This document shows, in pieces, positions 16,828 through 25,759 of a DNA stretch of 64,000 bases. The notes under the pieces were generated by a model, which searched no databases, was not told the DNA's origin, and saw nothing but the letters and a program-made list of their open reading frames with translations. The stretch lies in the NCBI RefSeq assembly GCF_947581785.1, contig NZ_CANPVO010000011.1, forward strand, positions 1,850 to 65,849, given 5' to 3'. This DNA comes from Candidatus Palauibacter polyketidifaciens. GTDB taxonomy: Bacteria > Gemmatimonadota > Gemmatimonadetes > Palauibacterales > Palauibacteraceae. Numbering within the stretch: the stretch's first letter is position 1; each line of letters opens with the position of its first letter. The position numbers were made by a program, and so were the translations under genes.

Positions 16828-18666
16828 TCAGGGAGTCACCGAAACGAAGCCGCCCGGCGACATCTCCTCGATTCCCATTCCGGAGTAGGGATGCTCCGCG
16901 TCCTGGCCGGCGTACGGCTTGAGCAGATCGAAGGTCCGCATGTCCCAGGCCGCCGTCGGACAGCGCTCCGCGCACAGCCCGCAGTGGATGCAGAGGTCCT
17001 CGTCCTTCACCATGACGCGGGAGGTCTGCGGCAGCGGCTCGGAGACGTAGATGTCCTGCTCCGCGTTCTCGGCGGGCGCGGTGAGCCGCGTGCGGAGTTC
17101 CGCCTCCGCCCCGTTGTGGGTGATCGTGAGACAGCTGAGGGGACAGATGTCGATGCAGGCGTCGCACTCGATGCACAGGCTCCCCGTGAAGTGCGTCTGA
17201 ATGTCGCAGTTCAGGCAGCGCTCGACCTCGGTCAGCGTCTGCTCGATGTCGAACCCCTCCTCGACTTCCGTCTCGATGCTCTGGAGGCGCTCCTCGAGGC
17301 GGACGTGCCGCATCTTCCGGCGGGCCGCGTACTCGTAGTCGTTCGAGTAGCTCCACTCGTGGAGGCCCATCTTGGCGCTCACGAGGTTCATGTGCTCGGG
17401 CGGGCGCTTCCGGAGGTCCTCGCCACGGCAGTAGGCGTGGATGGAGATCGCCGCCTGGTGCCCGTGCTCGGCCGCCCAGATGATGTTCTCCGGGCCCCAC
17501 GCCGCGTCGCCGCCGAAGAAGACGCCCTCGCGCGTGGACATGAACGTCGTGCGGTCGACGACGGCTTCGCGCCACTTGTTGAAATCGATCCCCGCATCGT
17601 CCTCGATCCAGGGGAAGGCGGTCTCCTGCCCAATGGCGAGGATGACGGCCTCCGCGGGGAAGAACGCCTCGTCGAGCTTGGTCGAGACGAGCCGCCCCTC
17701 GTCGTTCTCGTGCCATTCCACGATGTCGAAGTTCATCCCCTTGAGGACGCCGTCCTCGATGACGAACTCCGTGGGCGAGTGGTTCTCGACGATGTCGACG
17801 AGTTCCTCTTCCGCGTCCTCGAGTTCCCAGGGGGAGGCCTTGAAGTACGGCTTCGACTTTCGGGCCATGACCTTGACGTTCGTGCCGCCGATCCGCTTCG
17901 AGGTGCGGCAGCAGTCCATCGCGGTGTTCCCGACGCCGATGACGAGGACGTTCTCCTCGATCGTGTTCGTGTGCCCGAAGGCGACGGATTCGAGCCAGTC
18001 GATGCCGATGTAGATGTGGTCGGTGTCGTACCGGCCCGGCAGGCGAAGTTCCTTGCCGCGCGGGGCGCCGGAGCCGACGAAGACGGCGTCGAAGTCCTGC
18101 TCCAGCAGCCACTTCATGCTCTCGACGGGCGCGTTGTAGCGGATGTCGACGCCCATGTCGAGGATGTAGTCGATCTCCTCCCACAGCACTTCCGGGGGCA
18201 GGCGGAACTGCGGAATGTTCGTCCACATGAGACCGCCGGGGCGGTCGTTCTTCTCGAAGATCGTGACCTCGTAGCCGAGCGGCATGAGGTCTCGGGCGAC
18301 GGTCAGCGACGCCGGGCCCGCGCCCACGCAGGCGATCCGCTTCCCGTTCTTCTGCTTCGGGATGTCGGGGAAGCGGGGAGTGATGTCGCCCCTGAGGTCG
18401 GCGGCGACGCGCTTGAGGCGGCAGATCGCGACCGGCTTCTCCTCGACCCGTACGCGCCGGCACGCGGGCTCGCAGGGGCGGTCGCACGTCCGGCCGAGGA
18501 TGCCCGGAAAGACGTTCGACTCCCAGTTGAGCATGTAGGCGTCGTCGTACCGTTCCTGCGCGATGAGGCGGATGTAACCCGGTACGTTGGTGTGAGCCGG
18601 GCAGGCCCACTGGCAATCCACGACTTTGTGGTAGTAGTCGGGATTCCCGACGTTTGTTGGCTCCAC
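16828..18666 (-). CDS. GltD/DPD-like NAD(P)H:FAD oxidoreductase (N-terminal Fe-S domain plus FAD/NAD(P) Rossmann folds) fused to a C-terminal 2x[4Fe-4S] ferredoxin domain
   Basis: N-terminal Fe-S motif CQWACPAHTNVPGYI...CDRPCEPAC. Rossmann motifs IACVGAGPASLTVARDL and VLVIGVGNTAMDC. The C-terminus has CLNCD...CIECDACIDICP and CIHCGLCAERCP. It sits 4 bp upstream of korA. Confidence 0.8.
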   Translation of the reverse strand: MEPTNVGNPDYYHKVVDCQWACPAHTNVPGYIRLIAQERYDDAYMLNWESNVFPGILGRTCDRPCEPACRRVRVEEKPVAICRLKRVAADLRGDITPRFPDIPKQKNGKRIACVGAGPASLTVARDLMPLGYEVTIFEKNDRPGGLMWTNIPQFRLPPEVLWEEIDYILDMGVDIRYNAPVESMKWLLEQDFDAVFVGSGAPRGKELRLPGRYDTDHIYIGIDWLESVAFGHTNTIEENVLVIGVGNTAMDCCRTSKRIGGTNVKVMARKSKPYFKASPWELEDAEEELVDIVENHSPTEFVIEDGVLKGMNFDIVEWHENDEGRLVSTKLDEAFFPAEAVILAIGQETAFPWIEDDAGIDFNKWREAVVDRTTFMSTREGVFFGGDAAWGPENIIWAAEHGHQAAISIHAYCRGEDLRKRPPEHMNLVSAKMGLHEWSYSNDYEYAARRKMRHVRLEERLQSIETEVEEGFDIEQTLTEVERCLNCDIQTHFTGSLCIECDACIDICPLSCLTITHNGAEAELRTRLTAPAENAEQDIYVSEPLPQTSRVMVKDEDLCIHCGLCAERCPTAAWDMRTFDLLKPYAGQDAEHPYSGMGIEEMSPGGFVSVTP

Positions 18667-18882
18667 CGTTTCTCCTCGGGCTTACCCCGCCCGACAGGCG
18701 CTCCGTTCCCCGGCCCGTGAGTCGCTTGGAGACATAACCGCCCGCAATCGTAGGGGACGAGGGGGATTGTCGCCAGTTCTTCGTTGCGCCGGCGGGAGTG
18801 GCGGCGGGCGCGGCGCGGGACGGGCGGCGGGCGCGGCGGGCGGATCGTTGCTGCGGCGCCCGCAGCCGCGGAAGTTGAGCGC

Positions 18883-20160
18883 ATGCAAAAACAGCCCGTG
18901 CACACGGTTGCCGGCGGGGCTCACCTCTTCCGGCGGGACACGGCGGCGAAGCTTGGACGGATCGCCGGAGGATATCTCGACCGGTACGCGGCGGACCCCG
19001 CTTCCCTCGCCGATGCCCTGGGAGATCTCCTTCCGCCGGAGACCGCCGAATCGGTGCACCGGCGCGTGCGCGTCAAGCTCGAACGCGAGCCCGTCGAGTG
19101 CTTTCTGATCGACTTCGAGGATGGGTTCGGCGTCCGGTCCGAGGCGGAAGAGGACGAGGCGGCGACGGCGGCGGCGGCGGAAGTCGCGGCGGGGACGGCG
19201 GCGGGTGGTCTCCCGCCCTCGCTCGGAATCCGCATCAAGTCGCTGTCGGAAGCCACCGGCGGACGGGCGCTGCGGACGCTCGAACTCTTCCTTGCCGGGT
19301 TGGCGCGGACGGGGGGGGAGCTGCCGGACGGGTTCACGGTGCTTCTGCCGAAGATCGTCGACGCCGGGCAAGTGGAGAGGCTCGCGACCGCGCTGGATCG
19401 GCTCGAGGCGACGCTCGGCCTGCCGGAGAATCGGGTGGGCATCGACCTCATGATCGAGACGCCGCAGTCGCTCGTGGCGCCGGACGGACGCATCGCCGTG
19501 CCCGGGCTGGTCGCCGCGGCGGGGGGGCGGTGCCGCACCGTGCATCTCGGAGCGTACGACCTCACGGGCGCCGTGGCGGTCGCGGCGGAAGCCCAGACGC
19601 TCGGACATCCGTTGTGCGACATGGCCCGGCAGCTCCTTCAGCTCTCGCTCGGCGGGACCGGCGTTCGGCTGGCGGACGGCGCGACCAACGTGCTCCCCGT
19701 CGAGCCGCACCGGGGGAAGACGGAGATCTCGCCGGCCGAGCGCGGGGAGAACGCGGCGGTCGTGCATGACGCGTGGCGCCTGCACTACGCCGACGTGCGG
19801 CGGTCCCTGAGCCAGGGGTTCTACCAGAGCTGGGACCTCCACCCGGCGCAGCTCGTCTCCCGCTATGCGGCCGTGTTCTCCTTCTTCCTGGAGGGTCTGG
19901 ACGCGGCGGCGAGCCGGCTCGACCGTTTCGTGAGCGCAGCGGGACAGGCCATCCTCACGGGGTCCGTGTTCGACGATGAAGCCTCGGGCCAGGGTCTCCT
20001 GAACTTCTTTCTCCGGGGGCTCGCGAGCGGCGCACTGACGGCGGAGGAGGCGGCGCGTTCCGGCCTCACGCCCGCCGAACTCGAGACCCGCTCCTTCCCC
20101 GCCATCCTGGCAGGCCGCAGCAAGACCCCGCCTCAGCGCCCGGAGCGGCGCGGCGGGTGA
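18883..20160 (+). CDS. HpcH/HpaI aldolase / citrate-lyase beta (CitE)-like family protein
   Basis: ECFLIDFEDGFG (the D-x-E-D motif of CitE/HpcH TIM barrels) and DLMIETPQ are present. Start taken at MQKQPVHTVAGGAHLF. Confidence 0.5.
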   Translation: MQKQPVHTVAGGAHLFRRDTAAKLGRIAGGYLDRYAADPASLADALGDLLPPETAESVHRRVRVKLEREPVECFLIDFEDGFGVRSEAEEDEAATAAAAEVAAGTAAGGLPPSLGIRIKSLSEATGGRALRTLELFLAGLARTGGELPDGFTVLLPKIVDAGQVERLATALDRLEATLGLPENRVGIDLMIETPQSLVAPDGRIAVPGLVAAAGGRCRTVHLGAYDLTGAVAVAAEAQTLGHPLCDMARQLLQLSLGGTGVRLADGATNVLPVEPHRGKTEISPAERGENAAVVHDAWRLHYADVRRSLSQGFYQSWDLHPAQLVSRYAAVFSFFLEGLDAAASRLDRFVSAAGQAILTGSVFDDEASGQGLLNFFLRGLASGALTAEEAARSGLTPAELETRSFPAILAGRSKTPPQRPERRGG

Positions 20161-21149
20161 TCGCCGCCTGGATCGACCGCGGCAGGGTCCGCGTGCGCGA
20201 CGACCTCCCGCGGCCTTCCCCCGAGCCCGGGGAGGCCATCGTCCGGGTCCTGATGGCGGGAATCTGCGGGACGGACCTGGAGCTGCTGCGCGGATATCGC
20301 GACTTCTCGGGGATTCCGGGGCACGAGTTCGTCGGACGTGTCGAGGAGGGGCCGCCCGAGTGGGTCGGCGCGCGGGTCGTGGCGGAGATCAACATCACCT
20401 GCCGCGGGCGAAGGTTCGAGCCCCCCTGCTTCCCTTGCGCGAACGGGCGGCTCACGCACTGCCTTCGCCGCGAGGCGATCGGCATCCGCGGTCGCGACGG
20501 CGCCTTTGCCGAATGGCTGCGGGTGCCCGTCCCGAACCTGCATCGCGTGCCGGAGCCGCTTCCGGACGAGGTCGCCGTGTTCGCGGAACCCGTTGCGGCC
20601 GCGTGCCGCGTCCTGCGGCAGATCGAGGCCGACATCCGGCGCGACCTCGATCGTGGGCGCGTGACCCGGGCGCTCGTCGTAGGGGCCGGACGGCTGGGGC
20701 AGCTCGTGGCGCGGGTGCTGGCGCGTCGGCTGCCGGAGCTGGAGGTCGCCGGGCGGTCGGAGCGAAGCCTCGCGCGGGCTCGCGCGGCGGGTCTCGCCAC
20801 CGTGTCGGCCGCGGCCGTGGAGGAGGCGGCCTACGATCTCGTCGTCGATTGCAGCGGCGCCTCGGCCGGCTTCGCCGTCGCCCGGCAGGCGGTTCGGCCA
20901 CGCGGCACGATGATCCTCAAGAGCACGCATAAAAATGAGTTAGACGTCGACATCTCATCCATTGTCGTAGATGAAATCCGACTGCTCGGCTCCCGGTGCG
21001 GGTCTTTCGACGACGCCCTGTTGACGCTGGAGCGAAGAGAGTTCGAGGTGCGCGATCTCATCGACGACCGGCTGCCGCTCTCGGCCGCCCCGGAGGCCTT
21101 CGAGCAGGCGGCGGAGGCGGGAATCGCAAAGGTGCTTCTCGTCCCCTGA
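20157..21149 (+). CDS. Zinc-dependent alcohol dehydrogenase (MDR) family protein
   Basis: GICGTDLEL...GHEFVGRV (zinc and GHE motifs) and a GXGXXG Rossmann fold (VVGAGRLGQL). GTG start overlapping the upstream stop. Confidence 0.8.
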   Translation: MIAAWIDRGRVRVRDDLPRPSPEPGEAIVRVLMAGICGTDLELLRGYRDFSGIPGHEFVGRVEEGPPEWVGARVVAEINITCRGRRFEPPCFPCANGRLTHCLRREAIGIRGRDGAFAEWLRVPVPNLHRVPEPLPDEVAVFAEPVAAACRVLRQIEADIRRDLDRGRVTRALVVGAGRLGQLVARVLARRLPELEVAGRSERSLARARAAGLATVSAAAVEEAAYDLVVDCSGASAGFAVARQAVRPRGTMILKSTHKNELDVDISSIVVDEIRLLGSRCGSFDDALLTLERREFEVRDLIDDRLPLSAAPEAFEQAAEAGIAKVLLVP

Positions 21150-21161
21150 CCCCGGCCGGGT

Positions 21162-22412
21162 TCAGTCGGAGAGGCGCACGGGGCGGACGCGGACGCCGCC
21201 TCCCTCGCCCGGGATCGTCCACGCGAACAGGAGTTCGTCTCCCAGCCGCACCATGCGCGGGAATCCGCTCGAGCGCTCGCCGGCGGTCTCGGAGATGAGG
21301 AGGGGCGGCTCCTGCGAGCCGTCCGGGTGGACGCGGCGGACGAGGACGCGCGGGGTGTCGTTCGAGGCTTCGAGCCACACGACCGCCGCCGAACCGTCGT
21401 CGAGGCGCTCGATGTCCACGCGGCCCAGCGGCAGCCCTTCGTCGATTCGGATCCGCGGGCCGAAGCTCGCGCCGCCGTCGGCCGAGAAGGCGACGTACGC
21501 CTGCGGCGTGCCGCCGGCGCCAGTGTACCAAGCGGAAACCAGCGCCGCTTCGTCGCCGCTCAACTGCGGCCCGTTCACCGGACAGCCGGGAATGACCCAG
21601 CCGTCGGTCGACACCGGAGCGGGCGCGGTCCAGCGCTCCCCCGCCCCGCGGACGACGGCGATATCGCGGACCTCGGATTCGCTCCGGTCGCGGTAGGCGG
21701 CGACGAGTCCGTCGCCCACGCGGGCCAGCGCGGTCTGGCAGCACTCGCAGGTCCGGTCGTCGAGGAGTACCTCGGGGCCCAGTCGGCCGTCCGGCGCGAG
21801 CGTCCGGAAGCGGACGGACATCGGACCCCGCACGGCGTGGCTGTCTTCCGTTATGTGCACGCCCCCGGCGGCGGCGCCCGCCATCGCGCGGGCGTCGAGC
21901 CAGGTCAGCGCCGCGCCGTCGCGCCACGGGACCATCGATACGAAGCCGTGCTCGGTCGGCGACTCGTCGTCGTGCGCGCGGAACGGCTCCGTCCACGTCA
22001 TCCCGTCGTCCGAGGAGAGCGCCAGCATGACGTGGTACGCGTACGGCGCCTCGGCCACCTTCTCCAGCCAGTGGACGGCGAGGGTGCCGTCGGGCATCTC
22101 GACCGACGAGGGGAAGTCGGCCCAGTTCACAAACATGTCTTCCGACGTCCACACGGTGCGCGGCGCGGACCAGCCGTCCGCTTCGCGAATCGCCAGGCGC
22201 AGCGCGGGCACGCCATCCTCCGGCTCGGTCCACGTCAGGATCGTGCGACCCTCCGCGCCCACCGCGAGATGGGGTTCGCCGCTCGGGAATGGCCGCTCGA
22301 ACTCGATATCCCCGGACTCCAGCGACACCTGCCGTTCTGCCTCGCCGGCGCAGGCGCTGAGGAGTGCGCCGAGGGCGAGCGCACGAACCGGCCAGCCGGG
22401 ACGGGTCCTCAT
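21162..22412 (-). CDS. BNR/Asp-box repeat (sialidase-like beta-propeller) lipoprotein
   Basis: Lipobox LLSAC. BNR motifs SSDDGMTW and SADGGASF. Confidence 0.7.
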   Translation of the reverse strand: MRTRPGWPVRALALGALLSACAGEAERQVSLESGDIEFERPFPSGEPHLAVGAEGRTILTWTEPEDGVPALRLAIREADGWSAPRTVWTSEDMFVNWADFPSSVEMPDGTLAVHWLEKVAEAPYAYHVMLALSSDDGMTWTEPFRAHDDESPTEHGFVSMVPWRDGAALTWLDARAMAGAAAGGVHITEDSHAVRGPMSVRFRTLAPDGRLGPEVLLDDRTCECCQTALARVGDGLVAAYRDRSESEVRDIAVVRGAGERWTAPAPVSTDGWVIPGCPVNGPQLSGDEAALVSAWYTGAGGTPQAYVAFSADGGASFGPRIRIDEGLPLGRVDIERLDDGSAAVVWLEASNDTPRVLVRRVHPDGSQEPPLLISETAGERSSGFPRMVRLGDELLFAWTIPGEGGGVRVRPVRLSD

Positions 22413-24181
22413 CAGAAGTCGCCGGCCACCTGAGGGGCGGACTCCACGCGGATCGTGAGGATGTCGATGTCGTGGTACTGCTGGTGGCGGATGGACGAAG
22501 CATAGTGCCGCAGCAGCCGAAGCGGAGTCTCGGCTTCGACGGGGACCCCCGCTGCCGCTTCGCTGAGCATCGCCAACTGATCCTCGACGTTCTTCTCATC
22601 CGTCGTCGCGATGAACTCGAGATCCGCGGCGGGGCCATCGCTGCTCGCGATGAGCAGGAGGCTTCGCGCGTCATCGGCTTCGGCTTCGGCCTCCTGGCGG
22701 CCGAGGATCAGCATCGTCTCTTCACCCACCGCGCGCAGACGCGTCTCCATCGTCTCGTCCCAGCCTCTGCGCGCCGCGAACTTCACCAGGAAGGCGTCGA
22801 CTTCCGACCACGTGTCGTCCGATAACCGGGTCTTCAGTCGGGCCCGACGGCCTCCCGTGACCTCCGAGAAGATGGTGAGCAGGATCACCGTGATCCCGCC
22901 GACCGTCATGCCGTTGCCGAGGAATTCCTCCCAGGCCCCGACGATCTGCTCCGGGTAGATCCAGTCGAACTGGAAGACGATGCCGAGCCAGAACGCGACG
23001 CCCACGACGAGGCCATTGCGATAGTCCAGCCCCTCCTGGAGCAGGATCTTCATGCCAAAGACGAAGATCAGCGCCACGACGACGACGAAATAGGCCGCCA
23101 CGACGGGGCCGGGGATCACGATGATGAGGGCGAGCAGCTTCGGCAGGAAGGCGAACGCCGCGAAGACGACGCCAACGCAGATCCCGATGGCGCGAGAGGT
23201 GACGCCCGTGAGTTCGGCGACGGCGATGCCCACGCCGTAGGTCGTATTGGGGACGGTCCCCGCCAGACCGGACAGGAGGTTGCCGGCGCCGTCGGCCGCG
23301 ATCGCGCCCTGGATGGAGCGAAAGTCGATCGCGCGCGGCCTGCGCCAGGAGACCCGCTGAATCGCGATCGCGTCGCCAAGCGTGTCCATGGCGCTCACGA
23401 GCGTAACCATGAGGAAAGACGGGAGCAGGGCCCAGAACTCGGGGCGGAAGCTCAGATCGAGACCGGGGTACGCCAGGTCCGGGAGGCCGATCCAGTCGGC
23501 TTCGTAGACGGCGGACAGGTCGTAGATCCCGAATCCCAGGCCGGCGACGAGCGACCCGGCGACGATCCCGAGGGCCGGGGCCCACAGCCGGAGCGCGCCG
23601 GAGAACCGAAGCGGGACGAGGACCGTGACGGCCAGCGTCACGCCGGCCACGACCGGACCGGCGGCGGCCGGGGCTCCGGCCGGGACTTCGGCGAGCTTCC
23701 GCAGGATCATCGGAGTGAGGGTCACCGGGATCAGGATCAGCACGGTGCCCGCCACGGTGGGCGTGAAGACCCGGCGCAGGAGCGCCATCCTGGACGCGAG
23801 AAGGAACTGGACCAGCGAGGAAGCGATGATCAGCACCGCGAGCATGCCCGGGCCGCCCTGCTCGATGGCGGTGACGCTCACCGCGATGAATGCGCTCGTA
23901 CTCCCCATGACGAGCACGTAGCCGGCGCCGATCCGTCCCACTCTGCGCGCCTGGATCGCCGTCGTGACGCCGCTGATCACGAGCGCCGCGAACACCGCCC
24001 ACGACAGGTATTCGGCGCTGCCGCCCGCCACCGTGATCATGACCGTCGGCGTGAGCACGATGCTGGCGAGGCAGATGAGCGCGTACTGGACGCCGAGCCC
24101 GGCGGCCATGGGGAGCGGGGGACGCTCGTCGGGCTCGAAGCGCACGTCCTGGCGAGCGAGCCCGGAGCCGGAACCCGCCAT
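22412..24181 (-). CDS. NCS2 (xanthine/uracil permease) family transporter with an additional roughly 170-aa C-terminal cytoplasmic domain of unknown function
   Basis: GLGVQYALICLASIVLTPTV is a GLQH-like TM1 motif. TTYGVGIAVAELTGVTSRA is an NCS2 TM10-type motif. The C-terminal DTWSEVDAFLVKF...METRLRAVGEETMLIL...LLLIASSDGPAADLEFIATTDEKNV segment is non-membrane. Confidence 0.7.
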   Translation of the reverse strand: MAGSGSGLARQDVRFEPDERPPLPMAAGLGVQYALICLASIVLTPTVMITVAGGSAEYLSWAVFAALVISGVTTAIQARRVGRIGAGYVLVMGSTSAFIAVSVTAIEQGGPGMLAVLIIASSLVQFLLASRMALLRRVFTPTVAGTVLILIPVTLTPMILRKLAEVPAGAPAAAGPVVAGVTLAVTVLVPLRFSGALRLWAPALGIVAGSLVAGLGFGIYDLSAVYEADWIGLPDLAYPGLDLSFRPEFWALLPSFLMVTLVSAMDTLGDAIAIQRVSWRRPRAIDFRSIQGAIAADGAGNLLSGLAGTVPNTTYGVGIAVAELTGVTSRAIGICVGVVFAAFAFLPKLLALIIVIPGPVVAAYFVVVVALIFVFGMKILLQEGLDYRNGLVVGVAFWLGIVFQFDWIYPEQIVGAWEEFLGNGMTVGGITVILLTIFSEVTGGRRARLKTRLSDDTWSEVDAFLVKFAARRGWDETMETRLRAVGEETMLILGRQEAEAEADDARSLLLIASSDGPAADLEFIATTDEKNVEDQLAMLSEAAAGVPVEAETPLRLLRHYASSIRHQQYHDIDILTIRVESAPQVAGDF

Positions 24182-25701
24182 CAGCCGCCGCCTCCCCCGG
24201 CGAGCGCTTGGGCGGGCGCCGCGGAGCGCCAGCGCTCGGGGTGGGCCTCGAGGCGCTCCACGGCCTCCACGAGCACGTGGAGCGCCAGGTCGATGGTGTC
24301 GAGGTGCGTCCGGAAGGCGAGCGCCGCCATCCGCAGCCAGAACGTCCCGTCGATCGTCGTCGATGAGAGGAAGATCCTCCCATCGCGATGCGTTTCTTCC
24401 ACGAGAGCCTGGTTGAAGGCGTTCGCGTTACCCGACTCTGGCACCCAGCGGTAGGTCACGACCGAGAGCTGAGGCTCCGGACCCACTTCGAATCCGAGCG
24501 CCCCGATCTCGCCGTGGAAGTAGCGCGCGAGTTCGAGCTTCTCCTCGAGGCAGGCCCGAAAGGGGGCTTCTCCATACAGGAGGAGCGGCAGCCAGACCCG
24601 GAGCCCGCGAAAGTGCTTCGTGAGTTCGGGGGATACGGCGGCGGGCGAACGACCTCCCCACTCGGACTCGACGGTGTCCTGCAGGTAGCTCGCGTAGTAG
24701 GCGTGGGCATCCTGGAGAGCCTCCCCGTCGCGGATGAGCACGGCGCCGGTGCCGTACGGCAGGAACATTCCCTTATGCGGATCGAGCACGAGCGAGTCCG
24801 CGCGCTCCATCCCGGCGAGCACGCGTCGGCAGTCCTCCACGAGAGCGAAAAAGCCCCCGTATGCCGCGTCGACGTGGAACCAGAGCCCTTCCCGCTCGCA
24901 CACATCCGCGATGCGGTCCAGAGGATCGACCTGACCGGTATCCGCGGTTCCGGCCGAGCCGAGGACAAGCCACGGCATGAGCCCTCGCGCCCGGTCCTCC
25001 GCGACGAGTTCGGCGAGCGAGTCGGGACACAGGCGGAGATCCCGGTCTCGGGATACCTCGCGCCGGACGGCCTCCGCGAGGCCGGCCACGCGGATCGCCT
25101 TGTGCAGGCAGTGGTGTGTGTGGGCGGAGGAATAGACGACGGCCCGCTCGTAGTCGCGCGCCCGGAGACCGGCCGCTTCCCGGGCCGTAACCACCGAGAT
25201 GAGGCTGGCAATGGAGCCGCCCGAAGCGAGGTTCCCGTCGGCCCCGGCGGGGAATCCGGCGAACGACGCCATCCAGTCGAGGATCAGATCCTCGATCTCG
25301 ACCGCGCCCGGCCCGGTGAATCGTACGCCCGCGTATTCGTTCGTCACCGCAGCGAGATAGTCCCCCAGCGACGAGGCGTAGATGCCTCCGCCCGGGATGT
25401 AGCCGAGATGTCCGCCGTGCGAGGGCACGAGGCCGACGCCCGCCACGGATTCGTCGATCCGGTCGATGAGTCCGGCCAGGGGCTGCGGTCCGCGGCCGAA
25501 TCCGAGCTTTCGGATCTCCCGGACGGCGGACTTGTCGTGCCGGTAGGCGGGCCGCTCGGGGAGTCCGTCGAGGAACCTCTGCGCGTAGGCGTGTACCTCG
25601 GCCATGAGGCGGTCGCGCTCGCCCGCGTCGGGGTCGAGCGGCCGCGCAGCCTCCTCCAGTTCCAGGATCCGTGACCGCTGTCGACTTGAGATCGAGCGCA
25701 T
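24181..25701 (-). CDS. Group II pyridoxal-phosphate-dependent amino-acid decarboxylase
   Basis: LVLDPHKGMFLPYGTGAVLIRD is the PLP-lysine motif of fold-I group II decarboxylases. The length is 506 aa. Its stop overlaps the permease start. Confidence 0.8.
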   Translation of the reverse strand: MRSISSRQRSRILELEEAARPLDPDAGERDRLMAEVHAYAQRFLDGLPERPAYRHDKSAVREIRKLGFGRGPQPLAGLIDRIDESVAGVGLVPSHGGHLGYIPGGGIYASSLGDYLAAVTNEYAGVRFTGPGAVEIEDLILDWMASFAGFPAGADGNLASGGSIASLISVVTAREAAGLRARDYERAVVYSSAHTHHCLHKAIRVAGLAEAVRREVSRDRDLRLCPDSLAELVAEDRARGLMPWLVLGSAGTADTGQVDPLDRIADVCEREGLWFHVDAAYGGFFALVEDCRRVLAGMERADSLVLDPHKGMFLPYGTGAVLIRDGEALQDAHAYYASYLQDTVESEWGGRSPAAVSPELTKHFRGLRVWLPLLLYGEAPFRACLEEKLELARYFHGEIGALGFEVGPEPQLSVVTYRWVPESGNANAFNQALVEETHRDGRIFLSSTTIDGTFWLRMAALAFRTHLDTIDLALHVLVEAVERLEAHPERWRSAAPAQALAGGGGG

Positions 25702-25759
25702 GATGCGATCCTATCCCTTTCGTTCGGGGGACGCGAGCGTTCCGGTCCCTTTGTCACCC

